Shown here: one piece after another, positions 52,087 through 59,834 of the stretch
Layout: each line of letters starts with the position of its first letter
How positions within the stretch are numbered: the stretch's first letter is position 1
Assembly (NCBI GenBank): GCA_963734495.1
Contig: CAVTHK010000001.1
Span: forward strand, 224,001-288,000
Direction of reading: 5' to 3'
Length of the DNA stretch: 64,000 bases
Source: an uncultured Spirochaetota bacterium
Lineage (GTDB): Bacteria > Spirochaetota > Spirochaetia > SZUA-6 > CAVTHK01
The notes under the pieces: model-generated
What the model was told of the DNA's origin: nothing
Seen by the model: only the letters and a program-made list of their open reading frames with translations
Databases searched by the model: none
Translations under genes and position numbers: made by a program

Positions 52087-53142
52087 TCACTTTGCCGACA
52101 GCGCCTCCAGGGCGGCGAGGCTGGCCTTCTGGGAGGCTGCCTTCTTCTTGATGATGGCGATGAGCGACTCAGCCAATGCGATCTGGTTGGGAGCGTCGAA
52201 CTCGGGTACGCCGTAGTCCTTGCTGACGGACTGCTTCTTCCCGTAGCTCGCCTCGATCTTCGCCACCCACTCGGGCTTGAGGGCGCCGGCGCCCCTGAAT
52301 GCGCCGCTCAGCGCGCCGACCATCGTGCCGATGGTGTCGGAGTCGCGGCCGAAGTTCGCGCCGCAGACGATGGCCGTCGCGGGGTCGCCGGCCGCGAGGA
52401 GGAACAGCGCCAGCACGCACGGGACGGTCTCGCGCGAGTCGCTGATGATGTCGCCGAGGTTGCTCGTGTAGAACTGCTCGCGGAACTTCGCGTACCCGCC
52501 GGCGCTCCGCGCCAGCGCAAGAGTCCGCTCGATCCAGCCCAGCATCTCGCGCGAGCTCGTCTTGTGCAGGTAGGCGGTCGACGCGTTCAGCACGGAGTCG
52601 ACGGTCGAGGTCGGGCTCATGGCCTCGGCCACGGCAGCCGCGATCGCGCAGGCGCCGTCCCGGCAGAACGTCGAGTCCCCGGCGTGGATCAGGCCCGCGA
52701 CGTCGAAGGTCTCGATCGCGGCCTGGCGCGGGTTGCAGGCGTTGATGATCCCCATCGGGGAGATCGACATGGCGGAGCTGCTGCTGTGCATGTTGCCCAG
52801 CCCCGCGTACACGGGCAGGCTCAGCTTGCTCTCCACCTTGTGGAACATGTTCCTCACGGGGATGTAGAAGAGCCGGTAGTACTTCGCCTTGTTGCGGAGG
52901 AACGAGGCGGCGAACTCGTCCGCCGTGACGTGGCCTCCGTTTTCGAGGATCGCCTCGATCAGGATGAGCTTGATCGCGGAGTCGTCGGTGCCCGCACCCT
53001 CGAAGTCCTTGATCTCGCCGAAGAGCTTCGCGATCTCCTCGTAGCTCTTGCCCTCGGCCGGCGCTCCCATGGCGTCGCCGATCAGGCCGCCGACCAGGCA
53101 GCCGTACACTTTGTCGAAGAGCAGTCCCTTGTCCTTGGCCAC
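52087..53142 (-). CDS. ADP-ribosylglycohydrolase family protein
   Basis: GCLVGGLIGDAMG, GTDD, NFGRDSDTIGTMVGALSGA; GTG after GGGGAGG. Confidence 0.88.
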   Translation of the reverse strand: MAKDKGLLFDKVYGCLVGGLIGDAMGAPAEGKSYEEIAKLFGEIKDFEGAGTDDSAIKLILIEAILENGGHVTADEFAASFLRNKAKYYRLFYIPVRNMFHKVESKLSLPVYAGLGNMHSSSSAMSISPMGIINACNPRQAAIETFDVAGLIHAGDSTFCRDGACAIAAAVAEAMSPTSTVDSVLNASTAYLHKTSSREMLGWIERTLALARSAGGYAKFREQFYTSNLGDIISDSRETVPCVLALFLLAAGDPATAIVCGANFGRDSDTIGTMVGALSGAFRGAGALKPEWVAKIEASYGKKQSVSKDYGVPEFDAPNQIALAESLIAIIKKKAASQKASLAALEALSAK

Positions 53143-53246
53143 AGGTCCAGCCTCCCCCGGGCGCCTCTCGCCCGGATGTTGATGGTCAAGGTGTTCGTAC
53201 CACTTGCCCGCCGACGTGTCCAGCCTCGCTGACCAGGCCTCTCGCG

Positions 53247-53275
53247 TTGACAAGCCGGGCGGGCGCGAGTAGCCT
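53247..53275 (+). promoter_or_regulatory. sigma70-like promoter of the glycyl radical enzyme gene
   Basis: TTGACA-N17-TAGCCT. Confidence 0.55.
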
Positions 53276-53300
53276 TCGTTACCGCCGCCAGGAGAGAGCC

Positions 53301-55659
53301 GTGACCGAACGCGTCGAGAGACTGCGCGGGCGAAGCGCCGAGGCCGCGCCTTCGATCAGCGCCGAGCGCGCCGAGCTCATCACCGACTTCTACCGCGAAC
53401 ACCAAGGCAGGCATCCCGTGCCCGTCCTCCGCGCCCTCGCGTTCAAGCACCTCTGCGAGCGCAAGACCGTGTACATCGGCGACGACGAGCTGATCGTCGG
53501 GGAACGCGGGCCGGCGCCCAAGGCGTGCCCGACCTACCCCGAGCTCACCTGCCACAGCGTCGAGGACCTCGAGATCCTGCGCTCGCGCGAGAAGACCCGC
53601 TACGCCGTGAGCGACGAGACGATTGCGGCTTACCGCGACAGGATCATCCCGTACTGGCGGGGCCGCACGATGCGCGATCGCGCCTTCGCGATCCTGCCGC
53701 AGGACTGGCTCGACGCCTACGGCGCGGGGATGTTCACCGAGTTCATGGAGCAGCGAGCGCCCGGCCACACCTCGCTCGACGGCAAGATCTACGAGCGGGG
53801 CCTGCTGGACTTCAAGGAAACGATAGAGAAGAAGGTCGCCGCCCTCGACTATCTCTCGGATCCGGAGGCCCTGCTCAAGCGGGACGAGCTCGAGGCGATG
53901 GCCATCTCCTGCGACGCGGCCATCCGCTACGCCGAGCGCCATGCGGAGCTGGCCGAGCGCATGGCGTCCGCGGAGCGCGACGCGGGCCGGCGCGCGGACC
54001 TCCGCCGCATCGCCGAGGTGTGCCGGCGCGTCCCCGCCCGCGCGCCCCGCGACCTGCACGAGGCGCTGCAGATGTACTGGTTCGTGCACCTCGGCACGAT
54101 CACGGAGCTCAACGGCTGGGACTCGATGAACCCCGGCCGCCTCGACCAGCACCTCGAGCCGTTCTACCGCCGGTTCCTCGAGTCCGGCGGCACGCGCGAG
54201 CAGGCGAAAGAGCTGCTGGAGTGCTTCTGGATCAAGTTCAACAATCACCCCGCGCCGCCCAAGGTCGGGGTGACCGCGGCGGAGAGCGGCACCTACAACG
54301 ACTTCACCAACATCAACATCGGCGGCCTGCGGGCCGACGGCGGCGACGGCGTGAACGAGATGTCGTACCTGCTGCTCGACGTCGTGGGCGAGCTGCCGCT
54401 GCTGCAGCCGCAGAGCAACATCCAGCTCTCGCGCCGCAGCCCGGAGGCCTTCCTCAAGGCGGCCTGCCGCGTCATCCGCAAGGGGTACGGGTACCCGGCC
54501 GTGTTCAACGCGGACGCTGTCGTGGCCGAGCAGGTGCGCACAGGCAAGGCCATCGAGGACGCGCGGCAGGGCGGCACCAGCGGCTGCGTCGAGACCGGCT
54601 GCTTCGGCAGGGAGGCGTACGTCCTCACCGGCTACCTGAATACGCCCAAGATCCTCGAGATCACGCTCAACGACGGGGTCGACCCGCGCACGGGAAAGCG
54701 GATCGGCGCTGCCGACCGGCGACCCGCGCGGCTTCGCGTCCTTCGAGGATCTGTTCGAGGCGTTCCGCCGGCAGCTCCACCACTTCGTCGACATCAAGAT
54801 GCGGGGCAACAACATCATGGAGCGGATGTACGCGCGCTTCGCGCCCGCGCCGTTCCTGTCGGTGTTCATCGACGACTGCATCGAAAAAGGGCGCGACTAC
54901 AACGACGCGGGCCCGCGGTACAACACGACCTACATCCAGTGCGTCGGCATCGGGACGATCACGGACAGCCTCTCGGCGATCAGGACGCACGTCTACGAGA
55001 GGCGCGACCTCGGCATGGACGAGCTGCTCGCCGCGCTCGCCAGGGACTTCGACGGCGGCGAGGCGCTCCGCCTGATGCTCGCGAACAAGACCCCCCGCTA
55101 CGGCAACGACGACGAAGGGGCCGACGGCATCATGCGCCGCGTCTTCGAGGCGCTGTTCCAGGAGATCGACGGGCGTCCCAACACCAAGGGCGGGCGCACC
55201 CACATCGACATGCTGCCGACCACCTGCCACATCTACTTCGGCCAGGTGATGGGGGCGAGCGCCGACGGCCGGCGCGCCGGTCGCCCCGTCTCCGAAGGCA
55301 TCTCCCCCGTCCAGGGCGCGGACCGCAGGGGGCCGACCGCCGTCATGCGTTCGGCGGCCAAGATGGACCACGTGCGGACCGGCGGCACGCTCCTGAACCA
55401 GAAGTTCGTCCCGAGCGTGCTCGCGGGCGACGAAGGCATCGACAACCTCGCGCACCTGATCCGCGGCTACTTCACCCAGGACGCCCACCACGTGCAGTTC
55501 AACGTCATAGACGCGGAGACGCTGCGGCGCGCGCAGGCCGAGCCCGAAGCGTACCGCGGGCTGCTGGTGCGCGTGGCGGGATACAGCGACTACTTCTGCG
55601 ACCTCGGCCGCGAGCTGCAGGAGGAGATCATCACCCGCACGGCGCAGCAAGGCTGGTAG
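53301..55659 (+). CDS. hypD: Glycyl radical enzyme, trans-4-hydroxy-L-proline dehydratase (frameshift ~54715)
   Basis: RVAGYS glycyl motif and SGCVE Cys loop. HypD-type segments FMEQRAPGH, NGWD, ESGTYNDF, LTGY, DMLPTT. Confidence 0.8.
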
Positions 55660-55737
55660 CCCGCTCCGCGCCTCTTCGCGCGTTCCCCCCTGTCCGCCGG
55701 CCGTCTCCGGCAATATCTTGTGCGCCGGAGGAAGGTG

Positions 55738-56283
55738 ATGCGAAACCTCATCATGTGGAACCTGATGACGCTCGACGGGTTCTTCGAAGGACAGAAGAGC
55801 TGGGAGCTCGACTGGCACGAATACGTCTGGGGCGACGAGCTGGAGCGGTTCTCCATCGAGCAGTCGAAGTCCGTGGGGATGCTGCTGTTCGGGCGGGTGA
55901 CCTATCTGGGGATGGCCGACTACTGGACCAGGGCGCAGGGCGAGATCGCGGACTTCATGAACAGCGTCCCGAAGATCGTCTTTTCGACGACCCTGACCAG
56001 GGCTGAGTGGAACAACACCAGGCTGGTAAAGGCCAACGCCCGCGACGAGGCGGCGGCGCTCAAGCAGCAGCAGGGAAAGGACCTGTACATCTTCGGCAGC
56101 GCGGGCCTCTGCGCGTCGCTCGACGGCCTGATCGACGAGTACCGCATCGCCCTCGCACCTATCGTCCTCGGCGGCGGGAACCCGCTGTTCAAGCCGGGCC
56201 CGCAGAGAAAGAGAATGAAGCTCCTCGAAGCGAGGCCGCTCACGACGGGCTGCGTGATCCTGCGCTACCGGCCGGAGCGATAG
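55738..56283 (+). CDS. Dihydrofolate reductase / RibD C-terminal family protein
   Basis: MTLDGFFEG, LLFGRVTY, PKIVFS, IFGSA, LIDEY..PIVLGGG.PLF. Confidence 0.88.
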   Translation: MRNLIMWNLMTLDGFFEGQKSWELDWHEYVWGDELERFSIEQSKSVGMLLFGRVTYLGMADYWTRAQGEIADFMNSVPKIVFSTTLTRAEWNNTRLVKANARDEAAALKQQQGKDLYIFGSAGLCASLDGLIDEYRIALAPIVLGGGNPLFKPGPQRKRMKLLEARPLTTGCVILRYRPER

Positions 56284-56294
56284 GAACTGAATCG

Positions 56295-56575
56295 GAGCTC
56301 CGGGATGTCGTCGATCGGGACGGCCGGCCGACAGGCCGCACGGTGACCCGCGGCTCGCGGATCGCTCGCGGCGACTGCCACGTCGTCGTGCACGTGCGGG
56401 CCCGCCGGCGCGAACGCCCACGCGTGCGGCACCTTCCGCGGCCCGAGCACCGAGTCGCCCCGCACGAGGGAGGCCTTCTTCCGCGAGGTCACGAGAGCCG
56501 ACGCGATGCCGCCGCAGGACCCCGAGCTCTGGCGCGCTCACGGCATGGAGCTGGTGGGTCCCCCGCTGGCGGTGG
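56295..56575. pseudogene. Mosaic remnant: NUDIX 5' fragment (+), inverted cupin fragment (-), cupin 3' fragment (+)
   Basis: + ELRDVVDRDGRPTGRTVTRG..HVVVHV; - LVRGDSVLGPRKVPHAWAFAPAG; + EAFFREVTRADAMPPQDPELWRAHGMELVGPPL. Confidence 0.55.
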
Positions 56576-56641
56576 AGCAGCATCGCCGCCGGCCCGGCTG
56601 CTTGCGGCGGCGACGGACGCGAGGCTACACTCGGAGGCGCC

Positions 56642-57328
56642 ATGACCGGCCGCGACCGCGACCAGGTGACCAAGACCTTCCCCTTCTTCTCGACGCTGCC
56701 GTCGACCTCGCTCGACGCGCTGCTCGCCCAGTCGGTGCGCAGGAAGCTGGAGCACAAGGATGTGCTCGCGCGCGACGGCGGCGAGTGCGCGTACCTCCCG
56801 TTCGTGCTGGAGGGGACGCTGCGCATCTACAAGGCGAGCGAAGGCGGAAAGGAGCTCACGCTCTACCGCATCGAGCGCGGGGAGAGCTGCATCCTCTCGG
56901 CCACCTGCATCCTGAACGGAGGCAGCTTCCCGGCGATCGCCGAGGCCGAGGGCGCCACCGAGGTCCTGCTCGCGCCCGCGAAGCTGCTGCTGCGCCTCGT
57001 CGAAGACAATGCCGAGTGGCGCCGCTACGTGTTCGGCCTGTACTCCAGGAGGCTGGAGGACGTGCTCTCTCTCGTGGAAGAGGTCGCCTTCCATCACGTC
57101 GACGCGCGCATCGCGGCCTACCTGCTCAGGCACTCCGCGGCTCACAAGGGCGTGGTGACCCGCACGCACGGGCAGATCGCGGACGAGCTCGGCACGTCGC
57201 GCGAAGTGGTGACGCGCATCCTCAAGGACTTCGAAGCCGACGGCCTGATAGCCACGGCGAGGGGCAGGGTCAGGGTCCTCCGCCCCGACTCGCTGGGGCA
57301 GAAGGCGGCAGCCGCGCCGGATGTGTGA
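56642..57328 (+). CDS. Crp/Fnr-family transcriptional regulator
   Basis: cNMP-fold (GKELTLYRIERGESCILS) and HTH THGQIADELGTSREVVTRILK. Confidence 0.93.
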   Translation: MTGRDRDQVTKTFPFFSTLPSTSLDALLAQSVRRKLEHKDVLARDGGECAYLPFVLEGTLRIYKASEGGKELTLYRIERGESCILSATCILNGGSFPAIAEAEGATEVLLAPAKLLLRLVEDNAEWRRYVFGLYSRRLEDVLSLVEEVAFHHVDARIAAYLLRHSAAHKGVVTRTHGQIADELGTSREVVTRILKDFEADGLIATARGRVRVLRPDSLGQKAAAAPDV

Positions 57329-57367
57329 CCAAAGTCACCGACACACCCCGCCGAATTCGTGTAAACT
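57324..57367 (+). promoter_or_regulatory. CRP/FNR-type box plus -10 element (class II-like activated promoter)
   Basis: TGTGA-ccaaag-TCACC at 57324-57339; TAAACT at 57362-57367; ATG at 57374. Confidence 0.65.
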
Positions 57368-57373
57368 GAAGCC

Positions 57374-57583
57374 ATGAAAAAGAACCTGAGTAATGCGGAT
57401 CGGATCATCCGCGTCGCGCTCGCGGTGGTGGTGGCGGTGCTCTATTTCGCCGGCGTGCTTTCTCCGACCGCGGCCGTGATCCTGGGAATCGTCGCCGTGG
57501 TCCTTGTGGCCACGTCGCTTGTCAGCTTCTGCCCTCTGTACCGCCTGCTGGGGATCTCGACAAGCAAGAACCGCGCGGCGTAG
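57374..57583 (+). CDS. DUF2892 (YgaP-like) membrane protein
   Basis: KNLSNADRIIR, two TMs, FCPLYRLLGIST. Confidence 0.9.
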   Translation: MKKNLSNADRIIRVALAVVVAVLYFAGVLSPTAAVILGIVAVVLVATSLVSFCPLYRLLGISTSKNRAA

Positions 57584-57602
57584 AGTAGCTCCGACGCCAG
57601 GA

Positions 57603-59271
57603 ATGAAGCTGCTCATCATCGGCGGCGTGGCCGGCGGCGCGACCGCGGCCGCGCGCGCCCGCCGGATCAGCGAGACCGCGGAGATCACCGTGGTCGAGCG
57701 CGGCCCCTACGTCTCGTACGCCAACTGCGGCCTGCCCTACTTCATCTCGAGGGACATCCAGAAGCGCTCGAAGCTTCTCCTGCAGACGCCCGAAGGGTTC
57801 GACAGCCGCTACGGCGTCAAGGTGCTCGTGGAGACCGAAGCGCTCGAGATCGACCGGGCGCGCAAGCGCGTGAGGGTCAAGGCGCCCGAGGGCGAGTCCT
57901 GGATCGGCTATGACGCCCTGATCCTCGCTCAGGGCGGGAACCCGGTGATGCCCGCGATCGCGGGCATCGATGCGCCCAACGTGCTGCGCCTGTGGACCGT
58001 CCCCGACATGGACCGCATCCACGAGCTCATCGAAAGGGACAAGCCTTCGTCGGCCGTGATCGCGGGAGGCGGCTTTATCGGGCTGGAGATGGCTGAGGCG
58101 CTGGTCAAGCGCGGCGTCGCCACCACGATCGTCGAGCTGCTGCCCCGGGTCATGTCGGTCATGGACCCTGAGTTCGGCGGCCTCATCGCCAGGCGGCTGG
58201 AATCCCACGGCGTGCGCGTGCTGACCGGCGTCGGGCTCAAGGCCGTTCTCCCCGAAACACGGGAGGCGCGGCTTTCCGACGACAAGCTCGTCCCCGCGGA
58301 CCTGGTCCTGGTGTCCGTCGGCGTGCGGCCCGAGCTCGGGCTCGCGAGAAAGGCCGGCCTCGCGATCGGCGACACCGGCGGGCTCCTGGTGGACGAGCAC
58401 TTGCGCACGTCGGACCCGAGCATCTGGGCGGCCGGCGACATGAACGAGATCGTGCACAAGGTGTCCGGCCGCAAGGTCCGGGTGCCGCTCGCCGGCCCCG
58501 CCAACAGGCAGGGCAGGATCGCCGCTTCCAACGCGCTCGGGATGTCCCTGACGTACGCCGGAGCGCTCGGCTCGAGCGTCGTCAAGATCTTCGACGCCAC
58601 CGCAGCCTCGACCGGGCTCACGGAGACCGCAGCCCGCGACGCGGGCTTCGACGCCGGGGTTGCCATCGTCGTCAAGGACCACCATGCCGCCTACTATCCG
58701 GGCGCCAGGGAGATGGTGCTCAAGGTGGTTTACGACCGGAAATCGGCCAGGGTCCTCGGCGGCCAGGCGTTCGGCGAGGAAGGCGTGGAAAAGCGCATCG
58801 ACGCGATCGCGGTGGCGCTGCAGGGCAAGCTCACTCTTCACGACCTCGAAGAGGTCGACCTGGCCTATGCCCCGCCGTACTCCTCGGCGAACGACCCGAT
58901 CAACCTGGCCGCGTTCGTCGGGCTGAACGACATTTCCGGCTTCAGCCCGCTGGTGACCGCGCCGGAGCTGCGGCGCCTCATGGCGGCTGACAAGGGCTCC
59001 GGGCAGCCGCTGGTGCTGGACGTGCGCAACCTCAACGAGTACGAGCTCTCTCACATCAGAGGGCTCCGTCAACATTCCCGTGGACGAGCTGCGATACAGG
59101 CTGGACGAGGTCCCGAGGGACAGGTCGATCGTCGTGCACTGCCGCTCGGGGTTCCGCTCGCACCTGGCGCTGCGGATCCTCAAGGAAAACGGCTGGACCG
59201 ACGTGAAGAACCTGACCGGCGGATACGTGAGCGTCCTGGCGCACGGCGGCTTCGAGACCGAGGAATCGTAG
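57603..59271 (+). CDS. cdr: CoA-disulfide/persulfide reductase with C-terminal rhodanese domain (frameshift ~59062)
   Basis: GGVAGG, SYANCGLPY, GGGFIG, PLAGPANRQG, YAPPYSS; rhodanese LDVR..NIPVDEL..HCRSGFRS. Confidence 0.88.
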
Positions 59272-59324
59272 GCGCGGCCCGCTGCGCTCTTGTCGGCCGC
59301 GAGACCGGAAAACAGAGGAAGGAC

Positions 59325-59600
59325 ATGGCAGGCAACATCGTCAAGGAGAAGATCGCCGCGGGCGCGCGCATCGTGGACGTGCGGACCACCGCGGAGTTTC
59401 AGGACGGCGCGTACAAGGGTGCGATCAACATCCCGCTGTCCATTCTGCCGGTGCGCATGAACGAGCTCGAGCCCAAGGACAAGCCGATCGTGCTGTACTG
59501 CGCCTCCGGGGCGCGCAGCGGCCAGGCGGCGAGATTCCTGAAGAAGGCCGGCTTCGCCGACGTGATCAACGCGGGCGGCCTGGACGACATGCCGGAATAG
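59325..59600 (+). CDS. Single-domain rhodanese (sulfurtransferase)
   Basis: VDVRT, GAINIP, YCASGARS, NAGG; GAGG RBS. Confidence 0.9.
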   Translation: MAGNIVKEKIAAGARIVDVRTTAEFQDGAYKGAINIPLSILPVRMNELEPKDKPIVLYCASGARSGQAARFLKKAGFADVINAGGLDDMPE

Positions 59601-59689
59601 GAGCGATCGGGCTCACGCGCGCCGTCTCACGGCCGGCCGGCATCCGAGCGCGTTCCCGGGCTCGCAGGCCTTCAATCCTTACGTCTTTC

Positions 59690-59718
59690 TTGACCTTCCA
59701 ACGGCGGGGGCCTAACCT
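59690..59718 (+). promoter_or_regulatory. sigma70-like promoter of the hybrid kinase
   Basis: TTGACC-N17-TAACCT. Confidence 0.5.
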
Positions 59719-59834
59719 GAGCGCGTGAGCGGATCCGCGGCGCGGGGAATCGCGTGTCCAGCGGGCGCGACAGGGGGCGCCGCGCCGGCGCGGACGTCAT
59801 TCGCGGCTGCCGCTCGCGGAAAGGGGGCGCGACC

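Noticed and set aside
53301..55659. Pyruvate formate-lyase, CutC or sulfonate-lyase identity for the glycyl radical enzyme
   Set aside because: It has a single-Cys SGCVE loop (PFL has adjacent Cys-Cys) and HypD-type segments, and no microcompartment genes are nearby.
57504..59600. Apparent 698-aa CoADR-rhodanese read-through fusion
   Set aside because: Caused by the frameshift at ~59062; the reductase ends at 59271 and the separate rhodanese has its own RBS and ATG at 59325.
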